From a virus, in the IMG/VR virus record IMGVR_UViG_3300025978_000012, positions 1 to 64,000 of that record: a DNA stretch of 64,000 nucleotides; one strand, written 5' to 3'. Shown in pieces: positions 10,498 through 20,880 of this stretch (positions are counted from its first letter, which is position 1; each line of letters starts with the position of its first letter). The notes under the pieces were generated by a model. That model saw only the letters and a list, made by a program, of their open reading frames with translations. It ran no database searches and had not been told where the DNA came from. The translations under genes were made by a program, and so were the position numbers.

Positions 10498-10531
10498 TTT
10501 TCACCTTTTTTATCTTATTGATTATTTTAAA

Positions 10532-10551
10532 GGGAATATTATAATATTCCC
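10532..10551 (-). terminator. Palindrome/terminator candidate after tail tube gene
   Basis: Perfect palindrome gggaatattataatattccc followed by TTT on the minus strand. Confidence 0.45.
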
Positions 10552-10561
10552 CTGTTTATTT

Positions 10562-11020
10562 TTAACTTGTCATTAATCCGGGAAGGAGCATTCGTGCTTT
10601 CCATCTCGTTTGTCGGTCCATTAACGCGCCTTGAGCTACTTTTAAATCACCGCCGCCATATTTCACCTGAATAAGTGTAAATAAAACAATGAGAGTATGA
10701 ACATCAAGTCCAGTAAAAGTATACATTCCCGCGCTGTTTATATTGTTGTTTCCGTCCGATTGCCAACCTGGCATTGAAACGCTTCCCGCGATATCGGCAC
10801 CACGTAAAAGGAATGTACCCATTGTTAAATCGCATTTATATCCGAGACTTAAAAAATCCCGAAAACCGTAAAAGCCCAATGTTTGAATTCCTTCAAGCAT
10901 ATAGTCTTCATCGGCCTTCAAATCCGTGCTATATGCGAGTATCGTATTGTCTTGCATCAAAAAACAATCTATCCCCGATCCTACCGGACCTTCTGGTGTT
11001 CCTGCTGTTCTGAAACTCAT
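10562..11020 (-). CDS. Tail tube protein
   Basis: 152 aa beta-rich protein immediately after sheath, strong GGAGG RBS. Confidence 0.75.
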   Translation of the reverse strand: MSFRTAGTPEGPVGSGIDCFLMQDNTILAYSTDLKADEDYMLEGIQTLGFYGFRDFLSLGYKCDLTMGTFLLRGADIAGSVSMPGWQSDGNNNINSAGMYTFTGLDVHTLIVLFTLIQVKYGGGDLKVAQGALMDRQTRWKARMLLPGLMTS

Positions 11021-11032
11021 GACAATTCCTCC

Positions 11033-12793
11033 TTAAACCTGTTGTCCGGGTACGATAAATGTGAAAAGATTGAACGAAAATCGCGGCGTAACACTCATTG
11101 TCAATGTCGCCGTTGTGATAAACTGTTCTCCTGATTGAGTAAACGAAACATTTGCAAAAGCTTTTTGTCCATTTGGCCCATCGGTAATCCATTTTTTTGT
11201 ATCTCTGTAATACGGAAATAGATACGTTGTAATCCAGTTCTGAATTGTTGCAATAACAACCGAATTCGCAACATCAGTTAATCCGCGTATTTTTTCAATT
11301 ATTTGTTCTTCGTAATCTTTTGTAAGAACATTAATTTCATATACGCATGATGGGTTCGTCCGAGTGACTTGCGATCCCTGATAAGTCGTGTTATTGCATT
11401 TAATTTCGAAATTGCTTACATTGTTTACATTGACTGTTTTTTGTACAAATGTTGCTCCTGCCGCCGCATAGTCAATCTGATCCTGTTTCGAAATATCAGG
11501 AGTGGAAAGAATGTTAAGATATTTAAAAACTATGTCCATCCCGACATTATTTGCATATCTGAATCCAGAGATAAGGGCATACATGTAATACGGATAAAAA
11601 TCATCTGTTGGAACTTCCCTATTTACATAATCATATCGTTTAAAGGAACTTACACAATATTCTATGTATGCCGAATTAAGAGATTTCATTTCAGCAATTC
11701 TAGTCGATTTTGTAATTGTCGAACTTCCGGCCCCAAATCCAGCCTGACGATACATTTTAATAAGTACCGCGTTCATTCGTTCAACATGATCTTGGACAAG
11801 AGCATGAATCGTAGAACTTCCCGTCATAGCGACGATATTGTTTATACCATATTGTTCAAGTTTTACAAGTGCGGCAGTCCAATCGGCAGTTGTCGCTGCA
11901 CTCACACTCCCGCCAGTAAAATATTGAAAAGCAGATAAATTATCAGGAATAGTTCGCGCAGCAGCGGTATGAAGAACCGCATCAACGTATCCCGTTGCGT
12001 TAAGAACTCTTATTATTGATTCGACAATTCCCACACAATTATAATCTGCCGTTTGAATATCTTGTGTTGTTACCGCATCAAAAACAGTAGTCAATTCATC
12101 GCTGTGTCCGGTAAGCAAGCACGTATAATTCGGTTGATTATTTATAAAATTTATCAGACTCCCTAAGTCTGAAAAATCAGCAAAAGTAATATCGAGATTA
12201 TCTGAACTATCAGAACATGTTGTTGTCAATTTTGTTCCAGTAATGGTCATTGTCCCGGATACTGCACCGGTATATCGAATTGACATCAAATCAAGATTTA
12301 CATCGTCTTTATTCAGAACTTCAAGACCTTTATAAAGTAGCTGAATAAGTTTTCCGGTATTTGATCCAGTTGATACCTTTATCGCCGCTGTATTTCCATC
12401 GACACCGAATTTTTTCCATGCAAGATCAATTATCGGTGACGCACTTGCATCAAGTTCTGTTTCCGCCTGCGTCATTTGATTTACGACAATACAATTTGCC
12501 TGAGAAGGTTTGTTGAATCTAGCGTCTTTTGTTGGAGTTAAGAAAAATTCGGCTCCATAATAAACATCTCCGCCGCCAAAAATTTCAAGGGCTTGCGCCT
12601 GTCCTTCAACAACATTTATAACGTCCTCAACATCAGTATAAGCATTATACGGTATACCGCCCCGTGCGGCCTCTCCAAGAATAACCGCAAGGCCCGTAAC
12701 TGCTCCCGCACCTTGGTCTTGCGGAAATAATCTCTGTGTATATGCACCAGGAAGAATGATTTTTTGACCGGCGAAATCGTAAAACTGTGCCAT
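11033..12793 (-). CDS. Contractile tail sheath protein
   Basis: 586 aa; N-terminal F-x-G-x-x-I-x-x-PGAY, G-x-A-x-x-G-x-P and DW-x-x-AL-x-x-LE motifs typical of SPO1/Twort-like sheaths. Confidence 0.9.
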   Translation of the reverse strand: MAQFYDFAGQKIILPGAYTQRLFPQDQGAGAVTGLAVILGEAARGGIPYNAYTDVEDVINVVEGQAQALEIFGGGDVYYGAEFFLTPTKDARFNKPSQANCIVVNQMTQAETELDASASPIIDLAWKKFGVDGNTAAIKVSTGSNTGKLIQLLYKGLEVLNKDDVNLDLMSIRYTGAVSGTMTITGTKLTTTCSDSSDNLDITFADFSDLGSLINFINNQPNYTCLLTGHSDELTTVFDAVTTQDIQTADYNCVGIVESIIRVLNATGYVDAVLHTAAARTIPDNLSAFQYFTGGSVSAATTADWTAALVKLEQYGINNIVAMTGSSTIHALVQDHVERMNAVLIKMYRQAGFGAGSSTITKSTRIAEMKSLNSAYIEYCVSSFKRYDYVNREVPTDDFYPYYMYALISGFRYANNVGMDIVFKYLNILSTPDISKQDQIDYAAAGATFVQKTVNVNNVSNFEIKCNNTTYQGSQVTRTNPSCVYEINVLTKDYEEQIIEKIRGLTDVANSVVIATIQNWITTYLFPYYRDTKKWITDGPNGQKAFANVSFTQSGEQFITTATLTMSVTPRFSFNLFTFIVPGQQV

Positions 12794-12872
12794 AATAATT
12801 ACTCCGCGTTAGAATGTTATGCCTCTATGCCGGATTATATTATGGCGTATGGGAGGACGTTTGGGGAAAAAT

Positions 12873-13073
12873 TTATTTATCGACCTCTGAATAAAATTTC
12901 TTAATTAATTCATCCCAATTATTTTTAGTTTTTTTGGGATTTAGACAGTCTATTTTTTGATACCAACCAATAATAACTTTATCAATATTTCTTTTTGTTG
13001 AAAATTGACTAAGATATTCAGTTAATGAATATTTCAATTCTTCCAGAATAGTTATTTTTTGTTGTTTTGCCAT
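12873..13073 (-). CDS. Hypothetical protein (likely start MAKQQK at 13073)
   Basis: ORF track 12873..13136; its upstream part is a duplicated fragment of the neighbouring gene. Confidence 0.5.
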   Translation of the reverse strand: MAKQQKITILEELKYSLTEYLSQFSTKRNIDKVIIGWYQKIDCLNPKKTKNNWDELIKKFYSEVDK

Positions 13074-13144
13074 TAAGATTATTACCTTTGCATCATTATA
13101 TATAGTATAATTACTATATACGTTTATAAATGTCAAGGATATTA

Positions 13145-13894
13145 TTAATTAGGAATTTCAAAAGTTCCGTCAAATTCATGATCGTTAATTTTTGCATCAC
13201 CATATATAGTATAATTATTGTAGGTATTAAGAAACGTTAATGAATATTCTGTTCCAAATAATACGCGTCCAAAATTAAAATTGACAAGTCCTTTAACTAC
13301 ATTGTATTGCATTTTTTTTATTTTGGAGTTGTCTCCAGCGAATCCCGTTTCAATGTCCGCCATAATGCTATCAATAAGATTTCCAAGTAAAATGTCCATA
13401 TCAGGTGTTTCAGACCACACACTTATATTTATTTCTTCATTTTTTCTCCATTCGTGAACTTGCACCAATACATTTCCTGCGCCTAATTTTCTATATGCCG
13501 CAATAATTGTTCCAATTTGAGTTTTTGTAATAAGCAATTCTTTTTGAATATTTTCGTCAGTCATTCCAGCGAAAGTTTGCAATATTGCAATAAAAGCATC
13601 ATTAACGACTTCTGGCTTAAATCCCTGTCCCAACGTAAAACCTTCATTAGTGGGATTTGAAGGCGTAACGCTAATTGCCGGGACTATTCCAGACCGTTCC
13701 GTCTCATCACGTCCCGCCAATTTATTTATCATCATTGTTACAATAGGATGTTGTTTCGAAACATTTATAATATCAATTCTTCCATCTGTCAGTCCGGGCA
13801 AATCTCTCAATATTAATTCATCCGCTATTTTAGTTCTAAAATAATCGATTGAATTTATTGCATAATCGGAATATTTGGATATTATAGTTGGCAT
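13145..13894 (-). CDS. Putative tail terminator/completion protein
   Basis: Position before sheath; P-A-I-S-V motif and INISVWS strand. Confidence 0.55.
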   Translation of the reverse strand: MPTIISKYSDYAINSIDYFRTKIADELILRDLPGLTDGRIDIINVSKQHPIVTMMINKLAGRDETERSGIVPAISVTPSNPTNEGFTLGQGFKPEVVNDAFIAILQTFAGMTDENIQKELLITKTQIGTIIAAYRKLGAGNVLVQVHEWRKNEEINISVWSETPDMDILLGNLIDSIMADIETGFAGDNSKIKKMQYNVVKGLVNFNFGRVLFGTEYSLTFLNTYNNYTIYGDAKINDHEFDGTFEIPN

Positions 13895-13937
13895 GATATT
13901 AATTCTTTTTTAGGCTCAATATTAAATAATAAAATTT

Positions 13938-15134
13938 TTAACTTGTCAACCCATATAATTTTATTAAATCTGATTTTTTTGTTTTCGTCCAGCTTTTTGC
14001 ATAAATTATTTTTGGATAGCGGCGATTTTCTAAGTTGTTGGGTTCTGGATTTTCTTCGAATATTATGAACGCGGGTTTATACCCATATTTGACAGACATC
14101 GTGGCTCCTACTCGTGGTTGATTATCGGTAAGCCATTTTATATATCTATGTCCTTGTAGAGTATAATCAATTTCTCGAAAATATTTTTTACCGTCTGTAT
14201 CAAGAATAACATCGTTTAATTCAAAAACTTCTATTTGATATAATAAATCAAGTTCACCTTTATGAGGTAACATTTCTGTCTTTGATTGTGTATCGGCGGC
14301 GATAACAATAATATCACCTTTTGCTATGTTAAACCACGGATATACGGCCATCCTAATTACACCGCTTTCAAGATCGTTTGTCCATGTCTCTAAATCATCT
14401 TTTGTTTTTAAGTCAGCGGTAATAATTTGAGTTAAATCAGCATAATAATAATCGGCTTTTACCTGGCCTACAATTACATTTGGATTGCTTGAATGAATTG
14501 TATTTCCATCAAGAGTAAAATCTGTAATATCTTGATTTGTAACAAAATTATATAATCGTAAAATTTGAACAATATCGGCTTCGGCACGAAGCGGATTACT
14601 ACTTTGATATTCGGCATTAAAAAATGTTTGAGTAGGGCGCATTAATCCATTTACGGCATCAACTTCAAGAACATCACCTTCAATTTTTGTCCAGCCATCA
14701 AAAAAATATGTAACTCGCAATTGCTCATATCTTTTCGCTTTTATTGTTGAATTGTCAACAAAAATTGTAGTATCATTAAATCCGGTAATTGGCAGCTCTT
14801 GTATGCCGCCTTGAATTGGCGCAATTACCCGCTCGACCTTTGTGACTTCAACGATAGGTATGTAGTATGGATAAATTTCTGTAACAGAATCATTGCACAA
14901 ACTAAATTCATCTGCAATCAAAAATCGACGTTGATATGTATAGACATATCCGTCACCATGACAAATCGGGCAATGAATTTTTGGAGAACCGCTGTTTTCA
15001 GGAACGCATGGGCAAAACATCGCCTGTTTAATTTTACATAACTGTCCGTGATTTTGAATTAACTTCGCAAAATCTTTTGGTTCGCCATAAATAACAAGTG
15101 CGTTGTTTTGACCGGTATTCCTGAAAACTCCCAT
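13938..15134 (-). CDS. Neck/head-closure structural protein with Cys cluster
   Basis: CPC...CPICHGDG N-terminus as in Herelleviridae-like neck proteins; position. Confidence 0.6.
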   Translation of the reverse strand: MGVFRNTGQNNALVIYGEPKDFAKLIQNHGQLCKIKQAMFCPCVPENSGSPKIHCPICHGDGYVYTYQRRFLIADEFSLCNDSVTEIYPYYIPIVEVTKVERVIAPIQGGIQELPITGFNDTTIFVDNSTIKAKRYEQLRVTYFFDGWTKIEGDVLEVDAVNGLMRPTQTFFNAEYQSSNPLRAEADIVQILRLYNFVTNQDITDFTLDGNTIHSSNPNVIVGQVKADYYYADLTQIITADLKTKDDLETWTNDLESGVIRMAVYPWFNIAKGDIIVIAADTQSKTEMLPHKGELDLLYQIEVFELNDVILDTDGKKYFREIDYTLQGHRYIKWLTDNQPRVGATMSVKYGYKPAFIIFEENPEPNNLENRRYPKIIYAKSWTKTKKSDLIKLYGLTS

Positions 15135-15213
15135 TTATCTTCGGCATCCTAAAAGTTTCGAATTACGTCTTAATTTTCTTGTTAATATGAAATTAAGTAA
15201 TTTTTTTATAAAT

Positions 15214-15597
15214 TTACTCATTTATCCTAACACCCGACACGTCAATTTTATTTATTGCGTCGTCCATGAATTTCAAAATTTCAAGGGATACTCCAGATTT
15301 TTGATAATATTGTTTTAGTTCTGAAAGTTGTTTTCTTCTTTCTTTGTTCTGGTTTTGAATCATTTCATTGCGAATTTTAATAAGTTCTTTATCATCGTAA
15401 ACAAATTTTTCTTTATTTTTTCTCGTTTCTTCTACAATAAATTGAATCATGGCATGATAATTTTCAACCCTTTTGTTATTAATATAATAACGCGAATACT
15501 CCCCGGCCTGAAAATTATATTTTTTAGCATCATCAAGACTTTCGGCAGATTCAATTTTAATTTCATTTTTTCCCTGTCTTAAATGTTGTGTAATCAT
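15214..15597 (-). CDS. Hypothetical protein
   Basis: 127 aa ORF in operon orientation. Confidence 0.55.
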   Translation of the reverse strand: MITQHLRQGKNEIKIESAESLDDAKKYNFQAGEYSRYYINNKRVENYHAMIQFIVEETRKNKEKFVYDDKELIKIRNEMIQNQNKERRKQLSELKQYYQKSGVSLEILKFMDDAINKIDVSGVRINE

Positions 15598-15599
15598 TG

Positions 15600-16529
15600 T
15601 TATTGACCCAAATTACCTATTAAAGTGCGACTGTATTTTGCTCTATTTTGAGCAAACCATGTTTTAATCTCTTCTTTATATATGCGAATACGTGCACCGA
15701 AAGCAGCATTTTCAGCGGACAGGGTGGTGCTGAGACTTTCAGAAACCGAATTAAGACTTACCGATTTACTAGATACTGCGGCTAGTTTTCCATCACCGTA
15801 GATATTTAGGAGCGTTAATGTCGCCAGTTTTTCAATAATGTTTCTGAATTCATCGGGAACGTCTTGGCAATTAGTATACCCGGTTTCATAGTCAATAAGA
15901 AAAATATTCTGACGGTCATTATTATAAGGTGAAAACAAATAGTTTTGCCATATATATTGATATGTATTTGACCGTGCAGACAGATAACGGGGCCGAAAAT
16001 AGCAAACCCCCATAAATCCATCTTTTACATATCGATACGGCATTAGATCGACAATTACATTTCCATAATAAGGATCAATGAATTTTGCGGTCAGAAGATC
16101 ACGAACAGGTCTGCGCCGTAATTTCAAACGACATTCAAGACGAGCCGCAATTACGCGGTATGGATATCCCGGTTCACGGATATATAATTCTGATAATTGT
16201 TTTCGCGTCATTCTGGATGTAAAATCAGAATCATCTAATTCCCTGTCTATTTTATTCCCATTTTCGTCAATCTGGTCATTATATCGAATTCTACGTGGAA
16301 GTATATCGATATTCAATTCAACTTCCATATATCGTATAGCCACCCGAACATAATCATTTAATTGATCGTCAGTAATAGCCATGCTATCAGCAACCGCAAT
16401 AAGCGGGTTTCCGAATAATTGGTTGTATCTCAATTCATCAGCCGTAACTAATAGCCCCCAACCGGGGGCTAAATAGTTATTGCTAATGTCTGGATTGTTG
16501 AATGCAAAACCAGTCCGTACTTCAGGCAT
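15600..16529 (-). CDS. Putative head-tail adaptor
   Basis: DY-x-x-GY...VP-x-x-x-x-x-IIEKLA and SKSVSLNSVSES motifs; position after capsid. Confidence 0.65.
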   Translation of the reverse strand: MPEVRTGFAFNNPDISNNYLAPGWGLLVTADELRYNQLFGNPLIAVADSMAITDDQLNDYVRVAIRYMEVELNIDILPRRIRYNDQIDENGNKIDRELDDSDFTSRMTRKQLSELYIREPGYPYRVIAARLECRLKLRRRPVRDLLTAKFIDPYYGNVIVDLMPYRYVKDGFMGVCYFRPRYLSARSNTYQYIWQNYLFSPYNNDRQNIFLIDYETGYTNCQDVPDEFRNIIEKLATLTLLNIYGDGKLAAVSSKSVSLNSVSESLSTTLSAENAAFGARIRIYKEEIKTWFAQNRAKYSRTLIGNLGQ

Positions 16530-16534
16530 GGCGA

Positions 16535-16948
16535 TTATTTTTTGTAAGTCACATAAATGTCGCCAGAATCATCGTCACCATTCGGTACCGCAATCACGCC
16601 ATCGGCCGAAACGATTTTATACGTTTGATCTATAGTTCCCATACGTGCAACATTATCGAGTGTAACACACGCAATTGCATCACTGATTGTTACCGGAGAA
16701 CTAGCATCGGTTTTCAGCGTTATTGATCCGCTTCCATTTGACGCGGTACACTGAACAACGGCATCAATGATTTCGGCACCCACAGGAATATCAACCGTAA
16801 TATTCCCGCCGGATGGGACCACAGATGCTTTTGCCACACGAATAGCAGCAGAAATTTCTGCCGCGCCCCAATTGTCTTTAAGATATTGAAGAACTTCAAG
16901 GTTTGGATTACCTTGAGATTCACCATATGCACTTTGATGAATAGTCAT
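16535..16948 (-). CDS. Putative capsid-associated/decoration protein
   Basis: Beta-rich 137 aa protein downstream of capsid gene. Confidence 0.4.
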   Translation of the reverse strand: MTIHQSAYGESQGNPNLEVLQYLKDNWGAAEISAAIRVAKASVVPSGGNITVDIPVGAEIIDAVVQCTASNGSGSITLKTDASSPVTISDAIACVTLDNVARMGTIDQTYKIVSADGVIAVPNGDDDSGDIYVTYKK

Positions 16949-16952
16949 ATTC

Positions 16953-17198
16953 CTAACTCCTTAATATTTTTTGTACTAATGAAAAAGATTGTAGAAAAAT
17001 TTTTTTAGTTTTATCAAGATAATTAATTGTATCTTTTAAAAAGAGTATTTCATCTTCATCAAAATTTATTTCCTGATTTTCTTTTTCATCAAACTTGATT
17101 TTGTCGAGTATTCTTACTACCAATTCAATTGATTTAATATCGGATTGAACCGGCAGTATGAATTTAAAATTCTCACGCTCGTTAAGTGTTAAGTTCAT
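16953..17198 (-). CDS. Hypothetical protein
   Basis: 81 aa, ATGA overlap with upstream gene. Confidence 0.55.
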   Translation of the reverse strand: MNLTLNERENFKFILPVQSDIKSIELVVRILDKIKFDEKENQEINFDEDEILFLKDTINYLDKTKKIFLQSFSLVQKILRS

Positions 17199-17506
17199 AG
17201 AGCCGCCTCAACAATAAAACCTTTGGCGATAATGACGGACCCCGTGAGGGTTATACCATTATCACAACGAATTGGGCTTTGATCCTGTTCGAAAGAAAGA
17301 ACTCCCGTAGCCATTGTAACACCATCGCCATCTTTCAACGTAATACCGGCACCAGTATCATCTACGCGAAGCAATTCAAGATAAAATATCCCCTTAGGAC
17401 ATGATACTGTTGGATCGGTTCCGTATAAAATAACTTGACCACTGGCCCTTTGAGCGGGAGTGTACCCGCTCAAAGGTCTATTGTTTTTGGTTCTATAAAC
17501 TGACAT
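17195..17506 (-). CDS. Putative capsid-associated protein
   Basis: 103 aa beta-rich ORF directly after capsid gene. Confidence 0.45.
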   Translation of the reverse strand: MSVYRTKNNRPLSGYTPAQRASGQVILYGTDPTVSCPKGIFYLELLRVDDTGAGITLKDGDGVTMATGVLSFEQDQSPIRCDNGITLTGSVIIAKGFIVEAAL

Positions 17507-17516
17507 GTTATAATCC

Positions 17517-19022
17517 TTATATCATGTTGTAACGGTTCACGTTCGTCGAATCGATACCAATGTTCCTGATTTCTACAAGTACATTCGGTTTATAGTATTT
17601 CGGAACACCATACAGGTTTATAAGACCCTGGCTGAACCGGCCTACTTTGGCCAAATCGGTATTGTGAATCGGGAGCAATTGGCTGAACGCCATTACTCGT
17701 TGTTCCCCTGCGGTCGTTTGGTCAACGATGAACATACGCGCCGTTCCGGGAATGTACGAGTTTTTATCGGTATAAGTAACCGCCGCAAGCGGGTTTGTCG
17801 CCGCCGCTACGGTATCAAGATACCGAAAAGTGCCGCTTCCACCGACTTTTTCAGAATAAATTTCAAAACAAGATGGAAGTTTCGATCCTGAATCAGCCGG
17901 GTTTGGCGTAATCGTTATGAGAATTGATCCTGCCGCCGCAACAACGCTCGTTGATTCAACTGCCGCGCAAGCGATTGACCGGCCATACGCATTTCGAGCC
18001 ACAACGCGATAATTATATTTGACTCCAGAAGGTCGTACAGTTGCCGATGCAAATACAGACCCCGAAGTGCCAGCCTGATTGGTAAGGGCAATGGACGGAA
18101 CAGAGGGTGCCTTATCGGATGTTGCACCTTCAATCCATGTTGAGGTTGTATTCTGAAAATACTGTGGAACAACTTTTGCCTCATACGCCATTCCCAGAAG
18201 TTTATCCATCCGAGGTATCATGAGGCCATAGTTAGTCATAATCCCGGATATTTTTCCACCAATGGTAATACCATTTTTACCCATTTCAACGATTTTACGA
18301 TCGCCACTTGATGCAGCTTGACTTTCAATAATCGTTGATAGGTTCTGGACGCCAGAAGGAGAAACATACAAACGGCAATTATCAACATGACCATTGGCTT
18401 CAGTAATAAGTTGGCCCATGAGGTTAAACGTATTCATGGAAACACTTGCGCCTCTCATGTCCTGTATTTGGTCCGAAGATTGTCCGGATATCGTTTTTGA
18501 TAGTCCATCAATCGATTTTGGTATCCATGTGCTATTTCCAGCATAAAGTGCGATATCAAGATTTCTAAGAAGTCTGTTCATTGCAGCCCTTTGGGACCGT
18601 GTACGTTCATCGATTATCGTCTGAGTTGCTTCAGCAACGTCGCCCACCGTCCATCCTTCAGACATAAATTTAACGACAGCAATTTGTTTCAGGATATCAG
18701 GATCGCGAAATTCCGGGTTTTCAATCTGACCCACGAAACCGCCATCATTGATACCAAGTCCGATTTGCTGATCGTATTCTTCGACCGTCGAAAAGGCTTT
18801 AATTTTGTTAATGTCTTGCCACAGCGTAAAATCCGTGGCGTTCAAGGTTAGGTCTGCAAGCATCCCTTCAAGGGACTGTTTGGTCAGTGACCCCCCTGCC
18901 GTATTGTACATATCATCGACGCTACCCGGAGCAAGTAAGGCTTTTGCCAATTGTTCCAGTTGTTGCGCCGAGCTGATCCCCATTTCGGTATCAGCCAATG
19001 AGAGAATTTCTTGTTCGTTCAT
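17517..19022 (-). CDS. Major capsid protein (Herelleviridae-like HK97 fold with Fn3-like insertion)
   Basis: GG-x-L-x-x-QSLE, W-x-DI-x-K-x-x-A-x-STVEEY and DGL motifs; Y-x-YRVVA-x-N-x-x-G-x-S insertion. Confidence 0.9.
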   Translation of the reverse strand: MNEQEILSLADTEMGISSAQQLEQLAKALLAPGSVDDMYNTAGGSLTKQSLEGMLADLTLNATDFTLWQDINKIKAFSTVEEYDQQIGLGINDGGFVGQIENPEFRDPDILKQIAVVKFMSEGWTVGDVAEATQTIIDERTRSQRAAMNRLLRNLDIALYAGNSTWIPKSIDGLSKTISGQSSDQIQDMRGASVSMNTFNLMGQLITEANGHVDNCRLYVSPSGVQNLSTIIESQAASSGDRKIVEMGKNGITIGGKISGIMTNYGLMIPRMDKLLGMAYEAKVVPQYFQNTTSTWIEGATSDKAPSVPSIALTNQAGTSGSVFASATVRPSGVKYNYRVVARNAYGRSIACAAVESTSVVAAAGSILITITPNPADSGSKLPSCFEIYSEKVGGSGTFRYLDTVAAATNPLAAVTYTDKNSYIPGTARMFIVDQTTAGEQRVMAFSQLLPIHNTDLAKVGRFSQGLINLYGVPKYYKPNVLVEIRNIGIDSTNVNRYNMI

Positions 19023-19023
19023 A

Positions 19024-19821
19024 TTACTTCGCCTCCTTCTGAAGCAGATCGGCTACAAATTTCTTTTGTGCGGGGTTAAGTTTGTTTACATCCTGTCCGT
19101 GAGCCTCAAACGCCGAAATGACCAGGCCAGCATCTTTGTTTCCTGACTGTGTCGCTTTCATAAGCACTTCATATACGGCTTTCCGCGCTTCAGGTGCAAT
19201 TTGAATAACACCAGCCTTTGCCATCGGAGCAACAATGCCTTTCCGCCCTTGCGGAGTAGACATAAAATCACCGAGACATTTTGCCTGTTCAACCTGAACT
19301 TTTGCGGCCTTTTGCATTAAATCATAAGATTGTTCATGAAGGGCCGCAACGGTTTCAATTCGACTAGATAACATTTTAATAGCTTTTGCCATCGTTTCAG
19401 CAAATTCATTTTGTGTTTCCAGATACGGCTTAAGATCGACCATTTCAACAATCGACCCATCGGCGTCTGGATCAATGTCGTCGGCGGCTTTTTTCATTTC
19501 TTCTTTTGTTTCATCAACTTCTTTCATCATTTTTCCGCAAGTCGCCTTGTTTTCTTTCATATAGCGTTTCATGTGCTTTTTCATGTACTCTTCGCTATAC
19601 CCTTTTTTTCCTTCGTCTTCGTCTTCTTCCTCTTCTTTTTCATTTGATTCATTGGCGTCTTTCCCCTCCTTGGCTTTAAATAGCGAATCCATTTGTTCAC
19701 CGTTAATAGCCTTTTCAAGAGCTTGGAGGGAATTATCGTCACTATCCTCAAAAGAAGCGACTATTTCATCCGCTACTTCCGGGGAAATTCCTTTTTGTAA
19801 CAGTTCATCTTTTGTTAACAT
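19024..19821 (-). CDS. Putative scaffolding protein
   Basis: Acidic coiled-coil protein between protease and capsid, with many x-K-A motifs. Confidence 0.7.
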   Translation of the reverse strand: MLTKDELLQKGISPEVADEIVASFEDSDDNSLQALEKAINGEQMDSLFKAKEGKDANESNEKEEEEDEDEGKKGYSEEYMKKHMKRYMKENKATCGKMMKEVDETKEEMKKAADDIDPDADGSIVEMVDLKPYLETQNEFAETMAKAIKMLSSRIETVAALHEQSYDLMQKAAKVQVEQAKCLGDFMSTPQGRKGIVAPMAKAGVIQIAPEARKAVYEVLMKATQSGNKDAGLVISAFEAHGQDVNKLNPAQKKFVADLLQKEAK

Positions 19822-19895
19822 GTTACGATTGCTCCTTGTTAAATTTAAAAATATTTGTTAATAAATAGTTTTAATATTTATTTCAAATTTTTTAC

Positions 19896-20783
19896 TTAGT
19901 TAATGCTTCTATTCATCTTTATAAATTTATCAATCAACATAAATGATTTATTACCAAATTCTTTTTTGTTTTTCTTTTCAAAATGTTTTAGATATTCAGC
20001 TTTCCGTAACGGAATTTTTTTATTTTTTATTCCAATAATAGTATGTATTAAATCAAGACCTTCGTTTTCATCAAATAAAAGTTTAACTGGTTTTTTTTCA
20101 ATGTCTTGTTTCGTTATGACGCCACCACTCGAACCATTATACATATCTGAAACATTTGAAGGAGCCATAAGTGCTTTCGTTAAAACTTCTTCGTGTTCGA
20201 TTATTGAACTATTGCGAGAAAAAATATTGAGGTCGTCAAATTCACAAAGAATATCATTTGCTTTTTGTAAAAGACGAACATTCATTCCGGGTTCACGGTT
20301 TATAACGGAATTTGCAGGCGCGATTGCAAGATGGTCCCATTTTATTTTAGGAATAACTTTATGTTTTTTACCGAGACTGTCTGCGACTTCAAGCACCATT
20401 TTGCTCCCGCCAATACTCGCACTATAAACAGGTTGCTCCGCCTCTAAATGAGGAAGCATGGTTTGAACGATGGGGTGACTTTTGGTTAATTGGGCTGTAA
20501 CGACTGGCTTTCCGTCTTGCCAACGAAAAGCGATAGGTTTTCCAAGAAGATTTGAATTTTTTTCTTCTTTGGTAAGAATTGGGTTCTTACTTTCGTGCCA
20601 AAATTCAACAACTCCAATATCAAGAAAATTTTTAACAGTTTCTTTGTTGAATGCTTCTTTTAGGACCAATTCATCGTCAGAATCAGGCGTCAAGTGATTT
20701 GCCACAATATCAACAGTAATGATTTTATCATTACTTGCTTTATTTAATGTTGATATAGAAAATCCATTAATCTGGAAAAGCAT
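19896..20783 (-). CDS. Prohead maturation protease
   Basis: D-x-D-x-E, W-H, GKP, ASIGG (catalytic Ser region) and HLAI-x-x-x-x-x-VIN motifs; position before scaffold and capsid. Confidence 0.8.
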   Translation of the reverse strand: MLFQINGFSISTLNKASNDKIITVDIVANHLTPDSDDELVLKEAFNKETVKNFLDIGVVEFWHESKNPILTKEEKNSNLLGKPIAFRWQDGKPVVTAQLTKSHPIVQTMLPHLEAEQPVYSASIGGSKMVLEVADSLGKKHKVIPKIKWDHLAIAPANSVINREPGMNVRLLQKANDILCEFDDLNIFSRNSSIIEHEEVLTKALMAPSNVSDMYNGSSGGVITKQDIEKKPVKLLFDENEGLDLIHTIIGIKNKKIPLRKAEYLKHFEKKNKKEFGNKSFMLIDKFIKMNRSIN

Positions 20784-20851
20784 GTTTCGTTCCGTATCAT
20801 TTGTTCAACATGTTTTCCTTAATAGGTAGGATTATTTTATTTTATTATCGC

Positions 20852-20880
20852 AATATAAACTATAGATTATCTGTTGTCAA
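20852..20880 (-). promoter_or_regulatory. Sigma70-like promoter for protease-scaffold-capsid genes
   Basis: TTGACA-17 bp-TATATT on minus strand. Confidence 0.6.

Noticed and set aside
1265-12793. Stand-alone tailocin or extracellular contractile injection system
   Set aside because: Capsid, protease, portal and terminase are in the same gene run, so this is a phage tail
17700-18120. Fn3-like insertion in the capsid protein as a novelty
   Set aside because: A comparable insertion is, to my knowledge, normal in SPO1/Twort-like capsids
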